Made by a program: the position numbers and the translations under genes
In this document: one piece after another, positions 8,741 through 16,910 of the stretch
How positions within the stretch are numbered: position 1 is the first letter of the stretch
How the letters are laid out: each line of letters begins with the position of its first letter
The notes under the pieces: model-generated
Told to the model about the DNA's origin: nothing
What the model saw: only the letters and a program-made list of their open reading frames with translations
The model's database searches: none
IMG/VR virus record: IMGVR_UViG_3300020577_014021
Length of the DNA stretch: 64,000 bases
Reading direction: 5' to 3' (one strand)
Source: a virus
Taxonomy: Duplodnaviria > Caudoviricetes

Positions 8741-9142
8741 TTACAGGATTTCTTTAAAATAAAGAATTCCACTGCCAACCATTTCATGAAAACTAAAATT
8801 ATTAAAAGTTTCACTGTCAATCGTCAATCGACTACCAAAGTTTTCAAAATAATCATCAAACCATCCTACTGCACGGTGAACATCTATCACATCAAAAATA
8901 AATTTACTTTTTTCTTCAGTCTTTTTCTCATGCTCTACTTTAACTAATTCAACTATAAAACACGTCAATGAACGTGATTCAATATGTTCATATTTAAATG
9001 GCAATGTAAAATCTGTATATACATAATATTTTCTATTTAATTGTAATTTATTTTCCTCATATAATTGTAACATTCCAATAATTGAACTAACGTGATAATA
9101 ATTATTTGACATAATTAACCTTTTTATAATATAGTAAAGCAC
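8741..9142 (-). CDS. Hypothetical protein (start probably MSNNYY at 9112)
   Basis: ORF co-oriented with 8424..8723. Confidence 0.6.
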   Translation of the reverse strand: MLYYIIKRLIMSNNYYHVSSIIGMLQLYEENKLQLNRKYYVYTDFTLPFKYEHIESRSLTCFIVELVKVEHEKKTEEKSKFIFDVIDVHRAVGWFDDYFENFGSRLTIDSETFNNFSFHEMVGSGILYFKEIL

Positions 9143-9170
9143 CAGCTGAAAATATTAGGAGATAATAATC

Positions 9171-9599
9171 ATGGTAGAATTAATTTTTGAAAATGAATCA
9201 TTTAAAATTTTCTTAATGTATAAGAATCTTTCTTACAAAATAGAATCACTTTGCTATCTAATATGTCCAAAATATCTCAATGTTCCTATAGTTAATTTCA
9301 AGTACCTTGCTAAATTACACCAATCATTACTTGACATAGGTGCTGTACCCCTTAACAACTTAGACCCAAGTTTCTTTGATCAAGAATCACTGGAAAAACA
9401 TGTAAGCATAAGTAAGAATAAATTTCAATACCTACTACCCATTATTAATTGGAAAAATTTAAAAAAAGTAAGTATTAATGCTTACCAAGATTTTGTAGAT
9501 TTAAATATAAATTTCAAAAAAGAAGAAAAAGTGTCGCAGGATTGTCTGGTGAACTTGTTAAATAATTTAAATGATGATATTTATTTGTTTAACGTATGA
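9171..9599 (+). CDS. Hypothetical protein
   Basis: AGGAG RBS; ATGA overlap with next gene. Confidence 0.7.
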   Translation: MVELIFENESFKIFLMYKNLSYKIESLCYLICPKYLNVPIVNFKYLAKLHQSLLDIGAVPLNNLDPSFFDQESLEKHVSISKNKFQYLLPIINWKNLKKVSINAYQDFVDLNINFKKEEKVSQDCLVNLLNNLNDDIYLFNV

Positions 9600-10159
9600 A
9601 GTTGAACTACCATATTGAACCTACGCCAGAAGAAATCACCACTATAGTCAAACAAGAAATAGTAAAACATGGTAAAAGACCAGATTTTGACAATTTCTTG
9701 TTAATATTTAAAAAAAAACAATATAGCCTTTTTCCTTATTTTAAGCATATTAAAGATTACCTAAGAACTTATGAATTAGATAAAAATCTAATTTTGCAAT
9801 TCATGTTTAAATTAGAAATAGCAGAAAACATGCTTTTAGAAGGTGCTACCTTAAAGGAAATTAGACAACAAACTGAAATTCCTGATGAATTGTTGTTTTT
9901 AATTATTAAAAAATATCATAAAAAAATACCCAAAGAAGTTTGGGAAATGAAATTAATGCATTATAGGTTAATGCAAGTTACACACAATATACACAATTTT
10001 TATAAAAACATTTTAGAAAAATACACACCAATAGACAAAAAAGAGTTTATAGAGAATTTTTACCATACTATAATAGACATGGGCATGTTAGATGAAGGGG
10101 ATGTGCCATATTCTGAGTTGTATACTTATATATTAGGAACTTCAGATGAATCTTTCTAA
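9596..10159 (+). CDS. Hypothetical protein, possible HTH
   Basis: LLEGATLKEIRQQTEIP is HTH-like; translationally coupled. Confidence 0.6.
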   Translation: MKLNYHIEPTPEEITTIVKQEIVKHGKRPDFDNFLLIFKKKQYSLFPYFKHIKDYLRTYELDKNLILQFMFKLEIAENMLLEGATLKEIRQQTEIPDELLFLIIKKYHKKIPKEVWEMKLMHYRLMQVTHNIHNFYKNILEKYTPIDKKEFIENFYHTIIDMGMLDEGDVPYSELYTYILGTSDESF

Positions 10160-11120
10160 AAAAAAATCTTTGAATTTTAATGATGTCAATCTCTTATCTG
10201 TCAAACCAAGTATTGTCAAAAGCAGAGAAGAAATTGACTGTCCTGCCAATAGAATTATTGTAGCTCCCATGTCTGCCATTATGGGTCCTCTATTTATTAA
10301 AAGAGCTGTGCAATTAAACTTAAGTGTACCAATTCACCGTTTTAATACCGTCAAAGAACAACAAATATTGTTAGATGAAGCTTTAGACCAAAAAACTTTA
10401 TTTAACTCATCTTCAATTTTATGGCTATGTGTAGGATTACATGACTATAAAGAAAGAATTGAAGGGAATTTAGACATTCTTCACAGTTACAACGTTGGTG
10501 TGTTATTGGATGTGGCCAATGGTTTTCACACAGAAGTTGAAAAATGTATAAATAAAATAAAAGCATACAATATAGAAAATTTATTTACAGGTAACATCCA
10601 TACTTTTAGTGGTTGGCAATTTTTAGAAAACCTGGAAAGCAAATTTATACGTGTTGGTATAGGCAATGGTGCTGCGTGTTTAACTACCAATAATACAGGG
10701 ATTGGGCGTGGCCAATTAACCATTATTGATGAAATTTACTATGATAATGGTTATAAAACAGCTTATATCGTAAGCGATGGTGGCATTAAAGAGCCTGGAG
10801 ATGCTTGCAAGGCTTTCGCAAGTGGTGCTGATTATATCATGGTTGGTTCCATGTTTTCTTATGCTGCAGAAGCTGAATGTAACCTGAATGGCCAAGGAGT
10901 GTTTTACGGTGGTGCTAGTAAATATGCCAAAGAAAAAATGGGTCTTAATCAAAAAAATATTGAAGGGACTGGACTAACCATTGATAAATCTAAAATTCAA
11001 CCATTAGACAAAATTGTAGAGAATCTTTTAGATGGTATTAAAAGCTGCATTTCTTATTGTGGATATACTAAATTAGATGATTTTATTGGTAATGGGATGT
11101 TTGAATTAAAACAAAGATAA
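10146..11120 (+). CDS. guaC: GMP reductase / IMPDH-family oxidoreductase
   Basis: IIVAPM, IHRF, LLDVANG, RVGIGNGAACLTT (catalytic Cys loop), SDGGIK..GD..KAF..GADYIMVGSMF; 324 aa with no CBS domains fits GMPR size. Confidence 0.75.
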   Translation: MNLSKKKSLNFNDVNLLSVKPSIVKSREEIDCPANRIIVAPMSAIMGPLFIKRAVQLNLSVPIHRFNTVKEQQILLDEALDQKTLFNSSSILWLCVGLHDYKERIEGNLDILHSYNVGVLLDVANGFHTEVEKCINKIKAYNIENLFTGNIHTFSGWQFLENLESKFIRVGIGNGAACLTTNNTGIGRGQLTIIDEIYYDNGYKTAYIVSDGGIKEPGDACKAFASGADYIMVGSMFSYAAEAECNLNGQGVFYGGASKYAKEKMGLNQKNIEGTGLTIDKSKIQPLDKIVENLLDGIKSCISYCGYTKLDDFIGNGMFELKQR

Positions 11121-11133
11121 AATTTATATTACC

Positions 11134-11307
11134 TTAAGATTCAATTTCTTTTAGTCCAATATTAACGTTATACTTTTTCTTAAATTCTAGTTGTTCTTTT
11201 CTAAGCTTTACTATGCTCTTAAAGATTTCATTCAAACAGTCTGCATAAATTTGAGTTGCATCTTCCCATATCTTTTCTAACTTTTCGGTTTTTTGTTCGT
11301 TTTCCAT
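11134..11307 (-). CDS. Hypothetical 57-aa protein (not in ORF track)
   Basis: MENEQKTEKLEKIWEDATQIYADCLNEIFK...; TATAAT 6 nt upstream of ATG. Confidence 0.55.
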   Translation of the reverse strand: MENEQKTEKLEKIWEDATQIYADCLNEIFKSIVKLRKEQLEFKKKYNVNIGLKEIES

Positions 11308-11331
11308 AACTATATTATAATTAATTTAAAT

Positions 11332-11374
11332 AAAAAAAGACCTGCTCGTAAGTTTACGATTAAGAAAACAGGTC
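11332..11374 (-). terminator. Intrinsic terminator after the major capsid gene
   Basis: On - strand GACCTG...TCGTAA-AC-TTACGA-G-CAGGTC followed by T7. Confidence 0.65.
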
Positions 11375-11405
11375 AAATTGTATTTGATAAAGTAAGGAGG
11401 GAAAA

Positions 11406-12854
11406 TTAACCAGTGATTTCGCCAAGCAGGACGCTTGTACGCGGAAGTTTCGCAGCAACGCAACCAAAGGTGTAATAGATTTTACGCAACGAAGTATCAA
11501 TCGTAGCAGCGTTAAGCGATTCAAACGGTACCAACATATGTTTTTCCAAACCAAGTTTGTCAAGCAAGAAACCTGTCGAAGCTCCAGGAACCTTGTTATT
11601 CAAGTCAACAAACACAGTCGTGGCCAAACCAGAATTCGCCACACGGCCAATGAACTTCATATTGACTTTAGAAGTAGCACCAACTGTACCAACCGAACGA
11701 TACACATTAAACCAACGAGCAGCATTACCCGCCGCCGGAGTAATAGTTACGTTAACCAAATCACCATTCGCAACAATCGTCACACTGGAAATTGCCGAAC
11801 CAACCAAGCTTTCGCCAGTTTCATTAGAAGCCGTAACATAGTACGAATACACTTGACCAGTTAGGAAAGTAGTACCGTCAGCAGCACGGGCAACCGCAAT
11901 TGTCGGATTAGTAGGAACTAAAGAACCAGCACGCAACGGCGGTCCATTTTTTCCGCGTAGAAACACTGAGCTACGAATATTAACCGAACCATTCGTCACC
12001 CATTGTGTATCAATACGCGCACCTTGCGATGTTTGCGGTGTACCAGCCAACACAATACGTTCTTTAGATTGCGTAGCTTTATTGTAAGCCACACGCTGAT
12101 CTGTACCAACATACAGGTCTTCCGCAACACCGTAGTTATTCACGCTACGTTTTTGCGCATCTTCAATATTGGATTGCGAGAACACACCACCAACAAACAC
12201 AACGTTAGAATCACCAGCGCCATACTCAGCCATCATCAAATCCTGAGTATTCAAATTGGTATCGCTTTGGCGAATCTGAACATCAATACCGCGCATATTC
12301 GGCATGTTATTAGGAATCGCATTCGGATTGCCGTCAAACACACCACCATTGCTAAAGTCAGCTTGACCGCGGAACATATCAAATTCGATATCACCCGCAA
12401 TCTTTTTAGCACACGAATCAGCATTACGCGCTTCATTGTCCATACCATCAAACGATTCAGTACGAACCAAAGCCACACTTGTTTTGCTGTTAGTGGTATA
12501 AAATTTCACCGGCATGTAATCACGCACAACATCGAGCGTATTATCTTGGCCAGCACTAACTTCAAGTGTCGCAGAGCTACCAAGAATACCATAGCTCAAT
12601 TGACGATCATATTCGACTGTCAAAGACTTAGCTTTCTTCTCAGCCAGTTCTTTAGTCAAGAAAAGATGTTTTTCTTGATAAGTCGCATTATACATAACCG
12701 GCGAAAGGTCTTCAACCTGAAGCGCTGCGCCTTGTGTCCAAGTACCAGGACTACCAACACGATAACCAGCTTCTAAACCTTTTTCCAAAAGTGCATTTTT
12801 CAATGCTTCAACTATAAAACGTTCTTTTTCATTGATAAGTTGTTCGTTCGACAT
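11406..12854 (-). CDS. Major capsid protein (Twort/SPO1/A511-like)
   Basis: GAALQVEDLS...LTKELAEKKAKSLTVEYDRQLSYG resembles the Herelleviridae MCP N-terminus; internal Ig-like YSYYVTASNETGES insert; follows scaffold; AGGAG RBS. Confidence 0.88.
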   Translation of the reverse strand: MSNEQLINEKERFIVEALKNALLEKGLEAGYRVGSPGTWTQGAALQVEDLSPVMYNATYQEKHLFLTKELAEKKAKSLTVEYDRQLSYGILGSSATLEVSAGQDNTLDVVRDYMPVKFYTTNSKTSVALVRTESFDGMDNEARNADSCAKKIAGDIEFDMFRGQADFSNGGVFDGNPNAIPNNMPNMRGIDVQIRQSDTNLNTQDLMMAEYGAGDSNVVFVGGVFSQSNIEDAQKRSVNNYGVAEDLYVGTDQRVAYNKATQSKERIVLAGTPQTSQGARIDTQWVTNGSVNIRSSVFLRGKNGPPLRAGSLVPTNPTIAVARAADGTTFLTGQVYSYYVTASNETGESLVGSAISSVTIVANGDLVNVTITPAAGNAARWFNVYRSVGTVGATSKVNMKFIGRVANSGLATTVFVDLNNKVPGASTGFLLDKLGLEKHMLVPFESLNAATIDTSLRKIYYTFGCVAAKLPRTSVLLGEITG

Positions 12855-12884
12855 ATTATATGCTCCTATGTTTTCTTTCTTTAA

Positions 12885-13703
12885 TTAGATATTTAAAAAT
12901 TTCTTCAAGTCATCTGAAGGGTGAAGATTCAAAGAATACTTGGTGATTTTTTGACGATCCGCAGGTGTCAAATTCGGATCCTGAGCTTTTTCACTCAGTT
13001 TCTGAATCAATTCTTCACGAGTAATCTTTGCCGGGGCCGGTTCAGACTTAGCAATGAAATTAGCACCAGTGAAAGCATGGCTCTGTGGTTGGCTAGAAAC
13101 TCTTTCAAGATTTTTAACCAAATCACCCATCTGGGTTTTCAACGCATTAATTTCTTTTTGTAGTTCTTTTTCTTTTTCAGTCACTTTATGCTCCGATTTT
13201 TTAAGGTCCTGCTTAATTTGTTTATTACCCTTTGAAATCAGTGATTTTTGGGATTTAGCCACGATATAATTTTTATCCATGATTTGATCCACCATCGCTG
13301 TTTCTTCTTGTTTTTCTTGCTGCATTTTAGCAGCAAGAGCACGATTTACGGCAACCAAGTGGGCCATCAAATCGTCTTCATCCAAGCCCATGTACTGTTC
13401 GCAAAGTTCATCAACAGAAGCATGATTCATTTCTTCCTCAAGCTCTTCTGTTACATGTTCATCTTGCTTGGCATCAACTTCAGGCATTGGATCTTCGGCT
13501 TTAGGACCTTCTTCTTTGCCATCATCCTTTTTTAGTTCTTCTTTTTCTTTTTCGTCTTTATCTTCTTTTTTGTCTGATTCGGCTTTTGCATCTTTCTTAT
13601 CCTCTTCCTTTTCTTCAGACTTTGTAATTTTTTCGTATTCTTTTTGCACTTCTGCAATAAGTGTATATAATTTTTGATCTTCTAAGTTTACCGACATAAA
13701 CAT
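12885..13703 (-). CDS. Capsid scaffolding protein
   Basis: Highly charged E/K/D-rich coiled coil directly upstream of MCP; several hydrophobic-x-K-S motifs. Confidence 0.75.
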   Translation of the reverse strand: MFMSVNLEDQKLYTLIAEVQKEYEKITKSEEKEEDKKDAKAESDKKEDKDEKEKEELKKDDGKEEGPKAEDPMPEVDAKQDEHVTEELEEEMNHASVDELCEQYMGLDEDDLMAHLVAVNRALAAKMQQEKQEETAMVDQIMDKNYIVAKSQKSLISKGNKQIKQDLKKSEHKVTEKEKELQKEINALKTQMGDLVKNLERVSSQPQSHAFTGANFIAKSEPAPAKITREELIQKLSEKAQDPNLTPADRQKITKYSLNLHPSDDLKKFLNI

Positions 13704-13726
13704 TTCCTTTTTTTTGATAAAAAATT

Positions 13727-14188
13727 TTATTGAGCAGTAAGTTTGTTGTACAAATCAGGCAACGTAACCGTATTAAGATTCGCAGCAACCATGTCAGTCA
13801 ACGCAGGAATAGCGCCATTGGGGCTCAGATAAAATTTGTAGATAGCAGCTACTTTAGCAGCAGCTGTATGCATAATTGCAGCATTAGAAGCATTCAGGTA
13901 AGTCACGTTGACACCAGCGCCCAATTCCGTAGCCACATCCAAAATATGCGGAACAAAATTTTCTTGCGCAGTGCCAATGGCATTGACAAACAATAATTCT
14001 TCAGGTTTAATACGAATAAGAATAACCTGTTCAGTTGTAGCCGGCGTAGCATCAGCCGAAACTCGCAAAACAGGATTGCCATCCGTATCTGTGCTATTAA
14101 CAAATACATAGGTACTAGGAAATCTTTGAACTAACTCGCGTTGCAAATTACGCATTAAAGCGGCGGCTTTTGTCGTTGTATTGCCCAT
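13727..14188 (-). CDS. Putative head structural/decoration protein
   Basis: AAGGAG RBS, Ala/Thr-rich, MCP-like codon style, same operon as scaffold and MCP. Confidence 0.55.
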   Translation of the reverse strand: MGNTTTKAAALMRNLQRELVQRFPSTYVFVNSTDTDGNPVLRVSADATPATTEQVILIRIKPEELLFVNAIGTAQENFVPHILDVATELGAGVNVTYLNASNAAIMHTAAAKVAAIYKFYLSPNGAIPALTDMVAANLNTVTLPDLYNKLTAQ

Positions 14189-14229
14189 AAACTAAATTCT
14201 CCTTAAAAAGAAAGTTAAATAATACCTAT

Positions 14230-14240
14230 AGTTTAAGTTT
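14230..14240 (-). promoter_or_regulatory. Candidate late promoter (AAACTTAAACT)
   Basis: One mismatch to AAACTTAATCT; upstream of the decoration-scaffold-MCP operon. Confidence 0.5.
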
Positions 14241-14309
14241 CATTTAAAAAACGAATTTGTATTATTTATGATTTAAAAAAAATCAAATATATTGTTTTAT
14301 ACTATAGAT

Positions 14310-14546
14310 ATGGAAAATGAGATTAAAGATGAATACAAGTTTTTGATACCTAAAGGCACAGTTCTTTATTATCGCAAAGAAGCTTTTTGCCGAACATTAG
14401 AAGATGTTTGGGTAAACAGTAAGGACCTGGTAACTAATGGCGGTCTAAAATATTTTGACGATATGATTGCTAATTGGCCTCAAAGTATGGCTGGATGGAA
14501 TCAAGTTGTGCCATCAAGTACATTTAAATGCCATAAGCCAACATAA
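14310..14546 (+). CDS. Hypothetical protein
   Basis: Start more likely ATG 14310 (MENEIKD) than TTG 14292; TATACT 6 nt upstream. Confidence 0.55.
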   Translation: MENEIKDEYKFLIPKGTVLYYRKEAFCRTLEDVWVNSKDLVTNGGLKYFDDMIANWPQSMAGWNQVVPSSTFKCHKPT

Positions 14547-15027
14547 TTTTTTTAACATGCCAATGAGCCTGAATATTTTGGTTTAATTTCTTTTTTGCTT
14601 TATATGGACCATTTAACCAAGCATAACCCACATAAGCAGGTTCATTGGTGCCCAATTCTTTTATCATCATGTCATAATAAACAAAAGCTACATTATTATA
14701 TATAGGTTGATTTTTGTTAAAAAACTTGGCTAACTGTGCATTATTGTATTTAAGCAAAAATTTATATGACTTGAAAACAGGTTGTGTTTTTACCACATGC
14801 CTAACAGTAATAGGCATCAAAGCATATTTTCCTATAGCAAAAGATTTATTTGCCAATACAGGATGCTTGACGTTTTTGCCATCATTGGATTCTACTACTG
14901 CAATAGCATGCATCGTTTTGTTTTTTATATTTTTTAACCAATAATCAGGCAATACAGAAGTATCATCAGAAGTGTTAGGTAAAAAGAAAATATTACATAA
15001 AATAATAATGCAGCTCAATAATCTCAT
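14524..15027 (-). CDS. Lytic transglycosylase (SLT/lysozyme-like) with N-terminal signal
   Basis: AIAVVES (catalytic Glu), AIGKYALMPIT (GLMQ-like), AWLNGP (AYNAG-like). Confidence 0.7.
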   Translation of the reverse strand: MRLLSCIIILCNIFFLPNTSDDTSVLPDYWLKNIKNKTMHAIAVVESNDGKNVKHPVLANKSFAIGKYALMPITVRHVVKTQPVFKSYKFLLKYNNAQLAKFFNKNQPIYNNVAFVYYDMMIKELGTNEPAYVGYAWLNGPYKAKKKLNQNIQAHWHVKKIMLAYGI

Positions 15028-15053
15028 AAAAATTTTCTCAAAATAAAAAGTTA

Positions 15054-15521
15054 TTAAACTGCACCAACAACACTGACCCCAGAAACGCTTTGAGGCTTTA
15101 TTACCTTGGTTCTGGTAATTTTATAACCTTTGCGTTTTGGAACATCATTTGTTCCAATTTTAACACTTGTAGAATATTGTCTAGCAGCAGGTGTATCTGT
15201 TGCACTCATTCCATCTTTTTGCAAATTCTTTTTTAGAGATTTAGCAATTTTTTCAGGAATCGCAAATTTATTACCTTTTTCAATTTTTTCTTTATATAGA
15301 GCAATTTTTTTTTTGAAAAGGCTTTTTTCCATTTCAGTATTTAATTTAGCATTTATACCAGGCATACTTTGATTAGCCTGTACCTTAGGCATAGTAGGCT
15401 TAGTAGATTTATTCGTAAAAAAAGGTGATTTCTTGGCTGAAGCTTTCTTAGCAGACCATTTTTTAATTTCTTGCTGTTTCATACGATCTGCAATTGTAGC
15501 ATGTTGATCCATAATACACAC
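15054..15521 (-). CDS. Basic hypothetical protein, probable internal head protein
   Basis: Lys-rich; MEKSL, IEKGN, IAKSL motifs; directly after the protease. Confidence 0.6.
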   Translation of the reverse strand: MCIMDQHATIADRMKQQEIKKWSAKKASAKKSPFFTNKSTKPTMPKVQANQSMPGINAKLNTEMEKSLFKKKIALYKEKIEKGNKFAIPEKIAKSLKKNLQKDGMSATDTPAARQYSTSVKIGTNDVPKRKGYKITRTKVIKPQSVSGVSVVGAV

Positions 15522-15523
15522 TC

Positions 15524-16348
15524 CTAAGAATTCAAAAGTACATGATAAGAAAAAAGTTCTGCTTTTGCTAAACGTCTTTTTACATCTTCTTTATTAATTT
15601 TAGCTTCAACTACTACTTTTTCCTCAGATTTTTTTATTCCATCTAAGTTTTTCTTAATATTTTGTTTATAGTCACAGATTTTCTTTTCTAAATCAATAAT
15701 TTTTGTTTGTAAAGCACTTGGCTCATTATTTCCTTTATCAAGCACTTCTAAACTACCACTTAAACCTTTACAAAGATAATTCTTATTTTCTTCAGCACTC
15801 AATTTATCGTAAACTTCTTTTTCAGATTTTGTTAGATTTTTAACAATATCTGAAACACAAGTATCATTGCAAGGCATCATTGTTAATGCCACACACCTTG
15901 CAACAGCTTGTTTAATATTTACATTATCTCGATCTAACGTATTACCTTCAATAGAAAAACGAGCCGCTATAGGCAAATTGCGCTTTTTGAAATGCTTAAT
16001 GATAGAGGCTGCAGCAGCAGCTTCTCGATGTCCTTCATCGTCGAATAATTCGGCAGTTCCATAGACAATAGGTACTTTACCAGCTTGTGTAAAACACGCT
16101 TTTTCATGATCACTTATACACTCCTCTAATGTAAATATTTTTTTAGCCGTTACAATACGACCTAAATAATTGCTAAAATTATCACTTTTATGTTCAGCAT
16201 TTAAATATGCATCACCATTATTAAGATTAGAAATATCTAACCCATGGATATCAATAACTTCGCCGCTTTTATCAATGGCTTCTGAAGCAAATACTCCACC
16301 AATAAGAAGCCCTTTGTTTAATTTTTGCATAGTTTTATCCTTAACCAT
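15524..16348 (-). CDS. Prohead (capsid maturation) protease
   Basis: GVFASEAIDKSGEVIDIHGLDIS, LNAEH, FSIEG (catalytic Ser), VALTMMPCN; start may be MQKLNK at 16330 (AAGGA RBS). Confidence 0.85.
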   Translation of the reverse strand: MVKDKTMQKLNKGLLIGGVFASEAIDKSGEVIDIHGLDISNLNNGDAYLNAEHKSDNFSNYLGRIVTAKKIFTLEECISDHEKACFTQAGKVPIVYGTAELFDDEGHREAAAAASIIKHFKKRNLPIAARFSIEGNTLDRDNVNIKQAVARCVALTMMPCNDTCVSDIVKNLTKSEKEVYDKLSAEENKNYLCKGLSGSLEVLDKGNNEPSALQTKIIDLEKKICDYKQNIKKNLDGIKKSEEKVVVEAKINKEDVKRRLAKAELFSYHVLLNS

Positions 16349-16353
16349 TACAT

Positions 16354-16364
16354 AGATTAAGTTT
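16354..16364 (-). promoter_or_regulatory. Candidate late promoter AAACTTAATCT
   Basis: Exact 11-mer also at 21871-21881 and 43356-43366, each upstream of a - strand start. Confidence 0.55.
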
Positions 16365-16384
16365 AAAATTTATAAAATTAAAAA

Positions 16385-16525
16385 TGGCTGATTACGGATT
16401 CGAACCGTATTTTAATGTATATAGTAAGACTTATGAAAATATTAATATATGCCAAAACCTTACAAGAGAGATGAAGGAATTTTTCTTACTATTTCATTCG
16501 TTTTCCCAATATAAACTAATCAGCC
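16385..16525 (-). ncRNA. tRNA-like RNA 3 (141 nt) with extended anticodon arm
   Basis: Acceptor GGCTGAT/ATCAGCC+A; U8A9; D arm GTTT-ATATTGGGA-AAAC; AATG/CATT then ATAGTAAGA/TCTTACTAT enclosing about 55 nt; T arm TACGG-TTCGAAT-CCGTA. Confidence 0.8.
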
Positions 16526-16529
16526 AAAA

Positions 16530-16910
16530 CTAACCATTCACATATATCTTATACAAAGATTCTTTTACTTGCCTCAAATTTTCAAGAATCTTCGTGTTAT
16601 CTCTCATAACATATTCCAAAATAGTTAAATTGTCAAATTGTTTTCTAGGAACATGCAAATAATTATAAATTACTTTTTTTTGCTGACCAAATAACATAAA
16701 CAAATTTTTATGTATATGCAGAGTAGTATCAACTAATTCACAGCAATAATCATTTGCTGGTAAAGTTTTAAGTCTAGAATATTTTTCATATTCATGTTTA
16801 TTAGCACCTAAAAGTGCTTTTATCTGATCTTCAGATAATTTATATAAATCACAGAACTTCCAAAAAGCCTTACTTAAAATAGGCCAATAATTCATTATCT
16901 CTATGTTCAT
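16530..16910 (-). CDS. Xre/MbcA/ParS-family antitoxin-like protein (orphan)
   Basis: KAFWKFCDLYKLSEDQIKALLG (Xre-like HTH) plus LHIHKNLFMLFG...YLHVPRKQFDNLTILEYV...LRQVKESL (toxin-binding domain pattern). Confidence 0.75.
   Translation of the reverse strand: MNIEIMNYWPILSKAFWKFCDLYKLSEDQIKALLGANKHEYEKYSRLKTLPANDYCCELVDTTLHIHKNLFMLFGQQKKVIYNYLHVPRKQFDNLTILEYVMRDNTKILENLRQVKESLYKIYVNG

Noticed and set aside
11538-14111. Many + strand ORFs (e.g. 12003..12776) over the capsid and scaffold genes
   Set aside because: Antisense shadows of the higher-GC - strand genes; no RBS or recognisable motifs.
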